Notes: generated by a model from the sequence alone, not told the origin. DNA of 34,789 nt from Natrialbaceae archaeon B1-Br10_E2g27 (GCA_001563885.1 LKMM01000001.1:1-34789); one strand, 5' to 3'; positions 8,136 through 18,167 are shown, counted from the stretch's first letter. Numbers and translations: made by a program.

Positions 8136-8861
8136 ATGTCGTCGACGCGTGCGGTCGCAGGTGTGCTCGTCGCTGGCGCGGTCGTCATCGCCGGGTTGGT
8201 AATCTCACCGTCGACGGCGGCCGCGGTGGCCGAATCGCTCGCCGCCGATCCGATTCTGTTCGGGTTCGTCGTCGTCGGCCTCTATCTGGTTCGTCCGCTT
8301 CTTGCCTGGCCGACGACGCCGCTTGCAGTCGTTGTGGGCTATGGCTACGGAATCACACTCGGCGTTCCGATCGCTTTGCTTGGCGTTCTCCTCAGCGTAA
8401 CGCCAGTCTTTTTGTTGGCACGGTGGGCAACCTCCACATCGCCGTCGGCCGATTCTCCACTACCGGACCCACGGACTGATCCGGGAGTACTCGACCGCGC
8501 CCTCGAGCGGGCAGGCGACGTTGCGAGTCGGTATTTCGAAACGGCAGGCCCGGTTCGGGGTGTCGTCGCGGCCCGACTCGCGCCGATCCCCTCCGACATC
8601 TCGACCTGTGGGGCAGCTGCAAGCGACGTTCGGCTCCGACACCTCCTCGTCGGGACCGCCGTTGGCGAACTGCCCTGGACGGTCGCGGCAGTCGTCGTCG
8701 GGTCGTCGGCTGCGACGATCACAACGGAGGGCATCGGTGAACTCGGTGTGACACTGACCGTTGTCTGTCTGCTCGCTGCTGGCCTGTTGCTTGCCGGGCC
8801 AGTATATCGAACGATACAGACGAAATCCAGCGAGTCATCGGGGCAGCTACTCGAGCAGTGA
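8136..8861 (+). CDS. TVP38/TMEM64 (DedA/VTT) family membrane protein
   Basis: Hydrophobic helices; RPLLAWPTT, ARLAPIPSD, GTAVGELPW. Confidence 0.88.
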   Translation: MSSTRAVAGVLVAGAVVIAGLVISPSTAAAVAESLAADPILFGFVVVGLYLVRPLLAWPTTPLAVVVGYGYGITLGVPIALLGVLLSVTPVFLLARWATSTSPSADSPLPDPRTDPGVLDRALERAGDVASRYFETAGPVRGVVAARLAPIPSDISTCGAAASDVRLRHLLVGTAVGELPWTVAAVVVGSSAATITTEGIGELGVTLTVVCLLAAGLLLAGPVYRTIQTKSSESSGQLLEQ

Positions 8862-8896
8862 CCTGACTGATAGTACCGGAACCACTCGAGGGGTCG

Positions 8897-9067
8897 CTAC
8901 CGAAACGGGTCGCTACAGTCGATCACGACGCCGTGTTGTGGACAGACGTACTTGCAGTGGCGTTTGTACATTGGTGCTTCACAGAACGGACAGCGGGGGC
9001 CACCGCTGCCGGCGTCCTCGTTCCGTGTGGGATCTGCGTTTGGACTCGAGTCCGCGCCCGTGGTCAT
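8897..9067 (-). CDS. HVO_2523-family small zinc-finger protein (56 aa; not in ORF track)
   Basis: Manual translation MTTGADSSPNADPTRNEDAGSGGPRCPFCEAPMYKRHCKYVCPQHGVVIDCSDPFR*. Confidence 0.85.
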   Translation of the reverse strand: MTTGADSSPNADPTRNEDAGSGGPRCPFCEAPMYKRHCKYVCPQHGVVIDCSDPFR

Positions 9068-9136
9068 ACCTGCCACTGCGTACCGGCGAGGCTAAACGCT
9101 GTCCGTCTCGGCAGGAAAAATGAGTCGGTTAGCGAT

Positions 9137-12100
9137 CTAACACTCAGACCAGCCACAGGACTCGCAGGTCTTACAGCCCTCCGAGTAATACAGCGAGAGC
9201 GAACCACAGGACGGACATTCCGGCGATTCGCCGGCGTCGATCAGGCTCTGGGTCACATCGTCGTTTTCGGCAGCCGCTGCACCACCGTCGGTCTGGTGGT
9301 CTTCGTACTCGATACCCACATCGGCGGACTCCTCTAGGGTCTGCTGAGTCGGATATGGCTTGTCGATTTCGTTCTCGAGATACCGACGCATTGCGGTACC
9401 GATGGCGTCGGGGATCGACTGGATCTGTTCGCCTTTGTCCCAGGCCACTTTCGGGCTGCGAGTCCCACAGAGTTCGTCGACGATCTCCTCTGGATCGACG
9501 CCCGAACGCAGTGAGGTCGAGATGACCTTTGCGAGTGCCTCCGTAAAGGAGTTGGTGAAGCCACCGGAGTGGCCGATGTTTGCGAACAGCTCGAAGGGTT
9601 GACCGGTTTCGGGATCTTCGTTGATGGTGACGTAGATCTTGCCGTAACCGGTGTCGATACGTTGGCTGACACCCTGTAAGGCGTCCGGTCGCTCGCGCTT
9701 TTCAGTAAAGTCGACCGTCACTGGTTCGTGCTCGTCGCCACCAGTATCGAGGTCGGTAGAGACGACATCTTCGACTTCCTCGCTCTCGAGGAAGGCCTCG
9801 AGCCCGCCGAAGATGTCGTCGATCTGCTCGAGCAGTGTCTGAGCGGCTTCGGTCTCGTCGGCGAAGTCGGTGTTGTCCGCCCGCGTCGTCAGTACCTGCT
9901 TGCTGCGGGTCCCGTCGCGGTAGTAGGTCACACCTTTGCCGCCGTGTTCATACACCCACTCGAAGACCTCTTTTGCGTCCTCGAGCGTGGAGTCGTTGGG
10001 TGCGTTGACGGTCTTCGAGATGGCCGAGTCGACGCCTTCCTGACAGGCACACTGCACCGCAGCGTGGTCTTTTGCCGAGAGGTCGGCAGTGATCACGAAC
10101 AGTTCGCCGATCGCGTCGGGCACCGTCGAGAGCCCTTCGACGCCCGCAAACTGGTTCGTGGCCATCTGTTCTTGGGCTTCTTCTTTGACGGCGTCGACGT
10201 CGATGTCGTTTGCCTCTAAGGTACGCAGGAAGTAATCGTCGAACTCGACTAACATCTCATCGCCCTGGACGTCGTCGGTGACGTTCTTGTAGTAGGCGAC
10301 GTTGTAGATAGGCTCACAGCCACCGGTGGTGTTGCCGACCATGCTCGTGGTACCGGTCGGGGCGATGGTGGTCACGTTGTGGTTTCGGATCGGATAGCCA
10401 TCTTCCCAGTCGTCGGCATCCTCGCCGGTCTGGTGTTCGAACCACTCGCGGTAGGCCGTCGGGTCGGCGTATTTCGATTTCTCCCACTCGTTGAAGTTGC
10501 CACGCTCGGTGGCAAGTTCGTGACTCGTATGCTTTGCCTCGTGGTTGATGTGGGTCATCAACTGGCGGGCAACTTCGTTTCCTGGGTCGGATCCATACCG
10601 GATCCCAAGCTGGATATACAGCTGAGCAAGCCCCATGATGCCCAGACCGATCTTGCGCATGTCCCGGACCGTCTGTTCGATCTCTTCGACCGGGAAATCG
10701 CTCATCGTGACGACGTTCTCGAGGAATCGCGTCCCATACTGGATGCGCTCGTTGAACTCCTCGAAGTCGATGGCTTCGTCTAAGAAGGCAGCCATTGCGG
10801 CTTCTTCGGAGTCGTATTCGTCGGCGTGTTCTTCAGACCAGACCCGCCAGTCGGGGGCATCGTCGGCGGCCAGCGTCGAGAGGTTGATATGCCCGAGGTT
10901 ACAGGCCTCGTGTTCCTCCAACGGTTGTTCGCCGCAGTTGTGGACGACGAGTCCGTTTGCAACGAACGAGTGCGTATCGGGTTCGGTCAGGTCATAGACG
11001 GCCTCGTGTCCGTCGTGTTCGACGGATTCGACGGTCGCTTCGAACCGACTGAGATACGGACCACGGCTGTACTGGTCCAATCGGGTCGCAAGTTCCTCGT
11101 TTTTGCGCTCCGAGAGGAAACCAATTTCCTCCTCGAACGTGACGATGTGTGCACTCGTCACCGCAAGTTCGTGTTGGGCTTTCGTCTCGTAGACTTTTGT
11201 TCCGCCGTTTCCGTCGGGGAGTCGTTTCGTGCCTGCATCGCGACGGTTTTCATAGAGCTTGCTCGCAACTCCAAAGTTCAACAGCAGTTTCTGTACGTCT
11301 TTTACCAGCCCGAGTTCCGAACTCGAGAGCCGGACGGAAATGCCCTTTTCGACGTTCCCCTGGACGCTCCCGTCTGCGGTAAATAAGGCCTGGAGGAACC
11401 CACGCGCCATCTCCTCGCTACCGCGGAAGACGGCATCCGGAACCTGATGTTTGTTTTCAGCGAGTCCGACCTCTTCGGCGAGTTCGTACAGCCGGGTCGA
11501 GCGGATTCGTTCTTCCTGGGCCTCGGAACCACGGTACGTACTGGGGCGCTGGATCTGGTTGACGCCGACAGTATAGTCTGCGTTTCCAACCGGCTCCCGG
11601 ACGACCTCGTTGACGTCGGTTGCAAACGCCGAGGAGATTTCACAGTCTTCGTCATAGAAGTTCAGTACGGCACGTTCTTCTCCGTGTTTGATATGTCCGT
11701 CACCGACGAGCCAGCCGAGGACACGACCTTCCTCAGCCGACCCGTATTGGCCGAACGCACCTTTCCGATTCTGGATGTGGACCGTATCGCCGGACTCGAG
11801 GTCACCAGCCTCAACCCACCCGTCGTCGGTCATGACGCGATGGTCTTCGGTCAGCCGAAGTTCGTATCCTTCTTTGGTGGTTAGTTTGTGGACGTCTTTC
11901 TCGCCGGTTTTGTAGACGCTGCTTGCTTCCTTGATTGCGTCTTCACTCAGACGACCATCGACGACGACATCCGTCGCAACACCCTGTTCGTACAGTTCTT
12001 CTGCGGCAACGAGGCCGCGTTCGGTGCTGATGAGCGTATCACCAGTCACACATGGGTTAGTCGCCAGAATGCGGTGATCCGGGTGTTTCTCGACGTCGAA

Positions 12101-13351
12101 GGAGTGTTCGTTGTTGACACGCTCGAGATAGATGATCCCCGGTTCGCCGTTCTCGTGTGCGCCGGAGACCATACGTTCCCAGATAATCTCGGCGGGGATG
12201 GAAAGTTCCTCACCGACCTCGACGTACTCGCCGAGGTCATAGCGTTCGTACATCTCTTTGGTTTCGGCGGTCGCGACGTGGGGTTTGCCGGTGCGTGGAT
12301 TCGTAAACGTATACTCCTCGCCCGCCTTGAGAGCGTCCATGAACGCGTCGGTGACACCGACGGAGATGTTGAAATTCGAGAGATGGCCTTCGACGGCGTT
12401 GCGGAGGTGTTTGGGGACCCGACCATCTTCGTCGATGAGTTCTCGGGCTTCCTCTAGGGCTTCGCCGAAGGTGGTGTAGGTGTAGTCGTCGGGGTCGTTC
12501 AGTCGGAGGGTGTGTGCAAGCGAGACGTCTTTGTTTTTCGCGTGGATGAACTCGATGACGTCAGGGTGGGAGACGCGCATGATCCCCATCTGTGCGCCGC
12601 GTCGGGTGCCACCCTGGGCGATGGTCTCACAGAGCTGGTCGTACGTTCGCATGAACGTGATCGGACCGCTTGCGATGCCGCCAGTTGAACCGACGGAGTC
12701 ACCGAACGGGCGGAGCTGCCAGAAGCCGTAGCCGACGCCCCCGCCGGACTGGAAGACCTCTGCGGCCTTCTTTGCGGTTTCGTGGATATCCGAGAGGTCG
12801 TCGTCGGGACTCATGACGAAACAGGCAGACAGCTGCTGGAGTTCGTCGCCGGCGTTCATCAGGGTCGGCGAGTTCGGCATGAACGAAAGCGTCTCCATCC
12901 CCTCAGTAAACGTCTCGGCGACGTCCTCGACGTGTGCTCTGACCTCCTCGGGAAGCTCCGGAACGACCGTCTCGTAGGCGAACTTGTTGACGTTGTGTTC
13001 TGTCAGGACGGTCTCTACATCGTCGTTTGCGGTCGTCTCAGCCCCGAAGACCTCGGCGGCGAGTTCGTCCCGTCGTGGGTGGTCGGGTTTGAGTTGGTCG
13101 GGCGTGACCGTAATTTCTACATCCTGTTTTTCGGCCTCGTAGACGGCTTCTGCCAGGGCAACGTTCTTTCCGACGCGCTCGAACAGGTCCTCTTGGGATT
13201 CGATCAGCTCACCGTCCCCGTCCTTGCGGAGATATCGTGCAGGGAGGACGTTGTGGTAGGCGTTGGCGGTCATCCGCTCTTCGAGTGTCTCCCCCTCGGT
13301 GCGCTTGATCGGCAGGGTCAACTCCTCCGCAGAGAGGTCGGGCTGGCTCAT
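9137..13351 (-). CDS. nrdJ: adenosylcobalamin-dependent (class II) ribonucleotide reductase, intein-containing; start revised to MSQPDL
   Basis: PNSPTLMNAG, QLSACF, NP/CGEQ, TIAPTGT, ISKTVN; C-terminal TSCPD-like domain and CxxC...CxxCGWSEC. Confidence 0.96.
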   Translation of the reverse strand: MSQPDLSAEELTLPIKRTEGETLEERMTANAYHNVLPARYLRKDGDGELIESQEDLFERVGKNVALAEAVYEAEKQDVEITVTPDQLKPDHPRRDELAAEVFGAETTANDDVETVLTEHNVNKFAYETVVPELPEEVRAHVEDVAETFTEGMETLSFMPNSPTLMNAGDELQQLSACFVMSPDDDLSDIHETAKKAAEVFQSGGGVGYGFWQLRPFGDSVGSTGGIASGPITFMRTYDQLCETIAQGGTRRGAQMGIMRVSHPDVIEFIHAKNKDVSLAHTLRLNDPDDYTYTTFGEALEEARELIDEDGRVPKHLRNAVEGHLSNFNISVGVTDAFMDALKAGEEYTFTNPRTGKPHVATAETKEMYERYDLGEYVEVGEELSIPAEIIWERMVSGAHENGEPGIIYLERVNNEHSFDVEKHPDHRILATNPCVTGDTLISTERGLVAAEELYEQGVATDVVVDGRLSEDAIKEASSVYKTGEKDVHKLTTKEGYELRLTEDHRVMTDDGWVEAGDLESGDTVHIQNRKGAFGQYGSAEEGRVLGWLVGDGHIKHGEERAVLNFYDEDCEISSAFATDVNEVVREPVGNADYTVGVNQIQRPSTYRGSEAQEERIRSTRLYELAEEVGLAENKHQVPDAVFRGSEEMARGFLQALFTADGSVQGNVEKGISVRLSSSELGLVKDVQKLLLNFGVASKLYENRRDAGTKRLPDGNGGTKVYETKAQHELAVTSAHIVTFEEEIGFLSERKNEELATRLDQYSRGPYLSRFEATVESVEHDGHEAVYDLTEPDTHSFVANGLVVHNCGEQPLEEHEACNLGHINLSTLAADDAPDWRVWSEEHADEYDSEEAAMAAFLDEAIDFEEFNERIQYGTRFLENVVTMSDFPVEEIEQTVRDMRKIGLGIMGLAQLYIQLGIRYGSDPGNEVARQLMTHINHEAKHTSHELATERGNFNEWEKSKYADPTAYREWFEHQTGEDADDWEDGYPIRNHNVTTIAPTGTTSMVGNTTGGCEPIYNVAYYKNVTDDVQGDEMLVEFDDYFLRTLEANDIDVDAVKEEAQEQMATNQFAGVEGLSTVPDAIGELFVITADLSAKDHAAVQCACQEGVDSAISKTVNAPNDSTLEDAKEVFEWVYEHGGKGVTYYRDGTRSKQVLTTRADNTDFADETEAAQTLLEQIDDIFGGLEAFLESEEVEDVVSTDLDTGGDEHEPVTVDFTEKRERPDALQGVSQRIDTGYGKIYVTINEDPETGQPFELFANIGHSGGFTNSFTEALAKVISTSLRSGVDPEEIVDELCGTRSPKVAWDKGEQIQSIPDAIGTAMRRYLENEIDKPYPTQQTLEESADVGIEYEDHQTDGGAAAAENDDVTQSLIDAGESPECPSCGSLSLYYSEGCKTCESCGWSEC
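10937..12052 (-). mobile_element. intein with LAGLIDADG homing endonuclease (372 aa)
   Basis: Starts ATNP|CVTGDTLI; block B LTEDHRV; LAGLIDADG-like VLGWLVGDG and FLQALFTADG; block F VYDLTEP; ends VVHN|CGEQ. Confidence 0.96.
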
Positions 13352-13772
13352 GCGCGGGCCCCCTCGGGAGTACGCCGACGCTGGCAAGCGATTCTATCGT
13401 GTATTCGGGTCCAGGCTCTCATCATTCGTGACGAAGGTTCGGTATTCATGCATCCATCATAAAACGTGGTGTTGTGGTCCTGCTTTTCTTGTAGTAGGAC
13501 AACTACACTTGTATAGCAGTTGCTATCGTTTCTCGGTTCGATCAAGCGGCGACTGGTGAAACGGCCCCGTTTGGGTTCAAGCATACGTATGCGGCGGACG
13601 CTCTTAACCATTTTCAGACCGGACTGAAAGTAGAACGAAACGAGAACTATCCGCTCGCAGTCTGGTGGTTTTCGTGGCCTCGAGCAACAAAACTGGCTGT
13701 TCGAACCGATCACATCACGTGTCCATCACAGTATCCAGAAAGATTACGTCGGTTCAGGATAGCCACTCCAGT

Positions 13773-13943
13773 ATGCTCGAGCCACTCTCGATGGCCCTGC
13801 TGGTCCTGGCGGTGCTTGCCGCCGTTGCCGTCGCAGTTATCGCGATCAAAATTGCGATCAAACTCGCGATCCGGGTCGGTATCGTCGCTGCAATCATCCT
13901 CGTTGGCCTCTATGCTGCCGGCTTCGTTGGATTACCCTTCTGA
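13773..13943 (+). CDS. small two-helix membrane protein (56 aa; start revised to MLEPLS)
   Basis: Almost entirely hydrophobic with a KIAIKLAIR loop; overlaps the trpG 3' end convergently. Confidence 0.7.
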   Translation: MLEPLSMALLVLAVLAAVAVAVIAIKIAIKLAIRVGIVAAIILVGLYAAGFVGLPF

Positions 13944-14567
13944 TCGAACGTCCTCGAGGAAGTTTTCGATGATGTCGTGGCCAACAGCCGTAAGCACGCT
14001 TTCGGGATGGAACTGCACGGCCTCGATTGGGTGTTCGCGGTGGCGAACGCCCATCACGAGCGTCTCCTCGTCGTGATCTGCAGTGGCGGTCACCTCGAGA
14101 CAGTCTGGCACGTCGGTTGCGATCAGGGAATGATATCTGCCAGCCCGGATCCCCTGTTCGAGCCCACGGAAGACGCCCTCGCCATCGTGGTCGACTGCTG
14201 AGGCCTTGCCGTGGATCGGTGCGGGCGCACGACCGATCGAGCCACCGTAGGCGTAGACGGCGGCCTCGAGGCCGAGGCAGACGCCCAGGGTCGGCACCTT
14301 CGGACTCACGTCCCGAAGGACGTCCATCGTCACGCCCACGTCCCGGTCGTTTTTCGGGTGGCCCGGGCCGGGGCTGATGATAATCGCGTCGGGGTCGACC
14401 GCGCGGACGTCCTCAAGGGAGGCCGTATTTTTCAGCACTTCGGTCTCGGTTCCTGCCTGCTGGCTGACGTACTCGACGAGGTTGTAGGTAAACGAGTCGT
14501 AGTTGTCGACGAACAGCACCCGAATGGGAGTCACCTCGGTCTCGGCGTCGTTTCTGACTGCGCTCAT
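13932..14567 (-). CDS. trpG: anthranilate synthase component II
   Basis: DNYDSFTYNL, ISPGPGHP, LGVCLG, VQFHPES. Confidence 0.96.
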   Translation of the reverse strand: MSAVRNDAETEVTPIRVLFVDNYDSFTYNLVEYVSQQAGTETEVLKNTASLEDVRAVDPDAIIISPGPGHPKNDRDVGVTMDVLRDVSPKVPTLGVCLGLEAAVYAYGGSIGRAPAPIHGKASAVDHDGEGVFRGLEQGIRAGRYHSLIATDVPDCLEVTATADHDEETLVMGVRHREHPIEAVQFHPESVLTAVGHDIIENFLEDVRSEG

Positions 14568-16234
14568 CGGCTCACCCCGGGTGTTTCGGCGCTCTCTTGG
14601 TCGTCCGAGAGGTCGGTGGCGTCGCGTTCTGTCTCCTCGATCGCCTCGAGTGCGGCGAGTACGCCGCCCATCTTCTGTTCCGTTTCCTCGTACTCGGCGG
14701 TCGGATCGCTGTCTGCGACCAGACCAGCCCCTGCCTGGACGGTGATCCGGTCCCGGTCGGCCTCGTGTTCGACCGTCGCCGTCCGGATGACGATCGCGAA
14801 GTCGGCGTCGCCGGTCCAGGAGTAGTAGCCGACACCACCGCCGTAGAGACCCCGCGGTTTAGCCTCAAGATTGTCGATGATCTCCATCGCTCGAATCTTC
14901 GGCGCACCCGAGAGCGTGCCTGCAGGGAACGCCGCCCGGGTCGCATCGAAGGCGTCCGAGTGCTCGGCGAGCGTACCCGTCACCGTCGACTCGATGTGCT
15001 GGACGTGGCTGTACTTGAGGACGTTCATAAACTCCTCGACGCGGACCGATCCCGGCTCGGAAACGCGGCGAACGTCGTTTCGAGCCAGATCGACGAGCAT
15101 CGTGTGTTCGGCTCGTTCCTTGCCGTCTGCGAGCATCTCGCCTGCCAGTCGGCGATCCTCGACGGGACTCGAGCCCCGACTACAGGTGCCCGCGATCGGG
15201 TTCGAGACGACCCGCGTCCCCTGGACCGATAGCAGGGTCTCGGGACTTGCACCGACGACGGTCAGGTCGTCATAACCGAGCAGGTACATATACGGCGAGG
15301 GGTTGACCTCGCGCATCGCCTCGTAGAAGCCGAGCGGATCGACCTCCCCGGTCAGTTCTCGAGTACGAGAGATGACACCCTGATAAATGTCGCCATCGAG
15401 GACGTGCTCTTTGGCCTTGCGGACGTGATCTTCGTACGTTTCTTTCGGTCCGGCGGTCTCGTCTTCGCGGACGAATCCATCGGTCTTCGGTGTATCGGCG
15501 TCTCGAAGCAACTCGCCGACGGCCGTCGCCTCCGCCCGAATCTCGTCGTAGACAGCTTCGGGATCGTCACCGGCTTCAAGAATCGGCGTGAAAACGAGCG
15601 AAATCGTCCCGTCGTGTTCATCGAACGCGAGCGTCTTCGTCGTCAGGACAAACTGGGCGTCCGGAAACCGCGATTCGGGCCGTTCGAGACCGACTTCCTC
15701 GAGCCAGAGATCGTAGACGGCGTCGTAGGCCAAAAAGCCGACTAACCCACCCTCGAGATGCTGGCGGTCGTGGTCGGGAACGTTCGCCAATTCGACATCG
15801 GGCATCGCCGCTCGAAGCGAATCGACGGTGTCGCCATCGGGGTCGGTCTCGAGCAGTTCGAGGGGGGCCTCGTTGTGGAGGGCCTCGATCTCGGTCCCAT
15901 CCGGGCCGACGGTCACGACGGCCTCGGGATCGTAGCCGACGTAGGAAAACCGGGCGTGACGGTCTGCGGTCGCCGAGCTCGGACGGAACGCACCGTCTGG
16001 GTCGCTCGAGGCCGTCTTTTCGGCGCTCTCGAGCAAGAAGGCATACGGCGAGCGATCTCGGTCGCTTCCCACAGAGCGGCCGGTGAGCGCAGCGTATGCC
16101 GAAAGCGGTGTCGTCTCCACATCGAGGGTTGCGACGGTACGAACGACCACTGGTCGATCGCTCGAGTCGCCTGCGTGTTCGAGAAACTCCACACGCTCTG
16201 TGTCGATCGTCACGAGATTGCTGGCATCGGTCAT
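14564..16234 (-). CDS. trpE: anthranilate synthase component I
   Basis: LLES, NPSPYMY, EHTMLVDLARND, PAGTLSGAPK; ATGA overlap with trpG. Confidence 0.96.
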   Translation of the reverse strand: MTDASNLVTIDTERVEFLEHAGDSSDRPVVVRTVATLDVETTPLSAYAALTGRSVGSDRDRSPYAFLLESAEKTASSDPDGAFRPSSATADRHARFSYVGYDPEAVVTVGPDGTEIEALHNEAPLELLETDPDGDTVDSLRAAMPDVELANVPDHDRQHLEGGLVGFLAYDAVYDLWLEEVGLERPESRFPDAQFVLTTKTLAFDEHDGTISLVFTPILEAGDDPEAVYDEIRAEATAVGELLRDADTPKTDGFVREDETAGPKETYEDHVRKAKEHVLDGDIYQGVISRTRELTGEVDPLGFYEAMREVNPSPYMYLLGYDDLTVVGASPETLLSVQGTRVVSNPIAGTCSRGSSPVEDRRLAGEMLADGKERAEHTMLVDLARNDVRRVSEPGSVRVEEFMNVLKYSHVQHIESTVTGTLAEHSDAFDATRAAFPAGTLSGAPKIRAMEIIDNLEAKPRGLYGGGVGYYSWTGDADFAIVIRTATVEHEADRDRITVQAGAGLVADSDPTAEYEETEQKMGGVLAALEAIEETERDATDLSDDQESAETPGVSR

Positions 16235-16893
16235 GGGTTTACCTCCAGATCGACTGGATCGGTGGTTCCGTTTGCGCGAGCGACGAACGACCGAACGGCA
16301 TCGGCGTCTTTGACGCCTCCGCTTGCTTCGACGCCGCTTGCGACATCGACTGCGAACGGTTCGACCGTTCTGATCGCGTCTGGGACGTTTTCGGGGGTCA
16401 ACCCGCCAGCGAGGACAATTGGTGACTCGAGATCCGCGGCGGCTGCACGCGTCCGATCCCAGTCGTGAACCTCACCAGTGCCACCCCCGCCGTCTTCGTC
16501 GACGGTATCGACGACAAAGGCGTCGACGGCTGTGTCGTATGCACTTGCGGATTCGATCTCTTCGGCATCGATTGCGAGCAACACGGTTCCGCCAACGGCC
16601 GTCCGAACCGTCGCGATCTCCTCGACGGTCGCTCCGCCGTGAAGCTGTACGGCATCGGGGTCGACCCGCTCGAGGAGATCGATCGTCGCCTCGAGATCGT
16701 CGGGCATCGTCACGAGCACGCTGGTAACGAACGGCGGTGTCGCCTCCACGAGTTCGCTCGCGCGGTCGACAGACACCTCCCGTGGGGTGTCGACTGAGAC
16801 GTCACAGATGATGCCAACGGCGTCCACACCGGCCTCAACCGCCGTCTCGAGATCCCCGCGAGTGGTCAGGCCACAGACTTTCACCCGCGTCAT
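16231..16893 (-). CDS. trpF: phosphoribosylanthranilate isomerase
   Basis: VKVCGLT, QLHG, GGTG..HDW, LAGGLTPEN, DVASGVE. Confidence 0.96.
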   Translation of the reverse strand: MTRVKVCGLTTRGDLETAVEAGVDAVGIICDVSVDTPREVSVDRASELVEATPPFVTSVLVTMPDDLEATIDLLERVDPDAVQLHGGATVEEIATVRTAVGGTVLLAIDAEEIESASAYDTAVDAFVVDTVDEDGGGGTGEVHDWDRTRAAAADLESPIVLAGGLTPENVPDAIRTVEPFAVDVASGVEASGGVKDADAVRSFVARANGTTDPVDLEVNP

Positions 16894-17909
16894 CGTCCCT
16901 CCGGGGTCGGCTCCGGGCTTGCACAGAGACGCTCGAGTTTCGCGGCGGCGTCGCCGGAGTCGATCGCCTCCCGAGCGGCGTTGACACCGGCCTCGAGCGA
17001 GTCGACTTCGCCGGCGACGTAGATCGCCGCGCCTGCGTTTGCGAGGATGACTTCCTGTTTTGGACCCGTAATCTCGCCGTCGACGATTCCGCGCATGTCG
17101 GCGGCATTTTCGGCCGGCGAACCGCCAGCGATGTCGTCGATGTCGTGTCGTTCGAGGCCGAGGTCGGCAGGGGTGAGGTCGTATTCCTCGACGCTGTCAC
17201 CGTCGACTTCCGCGACGACGGTCTCGCCGTGGATTGCGATTTCGTCAGTTCCGGAGCCGTGGACGACCAACGCACGGTCGACGTCCATTCGGGCGAGTGC
17301 GTCGGCGAGAACGGAGACGAGGTCGGGATCGTAGACGCCGATGACCTGTGCGTCTGCACCGGCCGGGTTGGTCAGCGGACCGAGAATATTGAAAATCGTC
17401 CGCATCCCGAGTTCCTTCCGTGGACCGATGACGGCTTTCATCGCCGGGTGAAAGACCGGCGCGAGCATAAAGCCGATACCGTCGGTTTCGATGGCCGTCT
17501 CGACGGCCGACGGCTCGGCTTCGACGGTGACGCCGACCTCCTCGAGGACGTCTGCACTCCCCGACGACGACGAGACCGAGTAGTTGCCGTGTTTTGCGAT
17601 CGGGACACCCGCGCCCGCGGCGACGATTGCACTCGTCGTCGAGACGTTTATCGTATCGTAATCGTCACCACCTGTCCCACAGGTGTCGACAAGTGGCTCT
17701 CTATCGGGGGTAATCGTTCGTGCGGCTTCGCGCATTCCCTCAGCGAAGCCAGCGATTTCGGCTTCCGTCTCGCCTTTCGCTCGCAACGCTGTGAGCAACG
17801 CACCGATTTGGGCCGCCGTCGCTTCCTCGAAGACGGCCGTCGATGCGGCTCGAGCCGCCGACTGTGTCAAATCCTCGCCGTCTGTGACCTGTTTGACGTA
17901 CTCCTGCAT
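16890..17909 (-). CDS. trpD: anthranilate phosphoribosyltransferase (start revised to MQEYVKQ)
   Basis: DTCGTGGD, NVST, KHGN, RTIFNILGPLTNP. Confidence 0.96.
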   Translation of the reverse strand: MQEYVKQVTDGEDLTQSAARAASTAVFEEATAAQIGALLTALRAKGETEAEIAGFAEGMREAARTITPDREPLVDTCGTGGDDYDTINVSTTSAIVAAGAGVPIAKHGNYSVSSSSGSADVLEEVGVTVEAEPSAVETAIETDGIGFMLAPVFHPAMKAVIGPRKELGMRTIFNILGPLTNPAGADAQVIGVYDPDLVSVLADALARMDVDRALVVHGSGTDEIAIHGETVVAEVDGDSVEEYDLTPADLGLERHDIDDIAGGSPAENAADMRGIVDGEITGPKQEVILANAGAAIYVAGEVDSLEAGVNAAREAIDSGDAAAKLERLCASPEPTPEGR

Positions 17910-17920
17910 AGTGAACACCA

Positions 17921-18011
17921 ATGTACGTAGTTGTCTTGTAATGGCCAAATCAGTACATGGACTTAAGCATATCGACGGACAGCATGCGGTCGACTGGCGT
18001 ACGGCAGTCGA
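17921..18011 (-). promoter_or_regulatory. trp operon promoter region with GTAC-core inverted repeats
   Basis: TATA-like CTTAAG at 17962-17967; ATGTAC (17921-17926) and GTACAT (17953-17958) form an inverted pair; near-perfect palindrome at 17990-18011. Confidence 0.5.
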
Positions 18012-18092
18012 TTCGAAACCTTCAATTACGGTGGCCGGCAACGATTGGGTACAGCCAGGGTGGCACGGGACGCCACGATGTACGCAGCAAAC

Positions 18093-18167
18093 GGGTTGGT
18101 GGTCTAGTCTGGTTATGACACCTCCTTGACATGGAGGAGGCCGGCAGTTCAAATCTGCCCCAACCCA
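18093..18167 (+). tRNA. tRNA-Val(GAC)
   Basis: gggttgg...cctcc ttGACat ggagg...ggcag ttcaaat ctgcc ccaaccc a cloverleaf; CCA not encoded. Confidence 0.96.

Noticed and set aside
13352-13772. Cobalamin riboswitch or NrdR box upstream of nrdJ
   Set aside because: No recognisable B12-box; only a weak AT-rich similarity near 13500-13516, not enough to call.
17910-18152. N-terminal extension of trpD in the ORF track
   Set aside because: It overlaps tRNA-Val and the promoters; TrpD-like sequence begins at MQEYVKQ.
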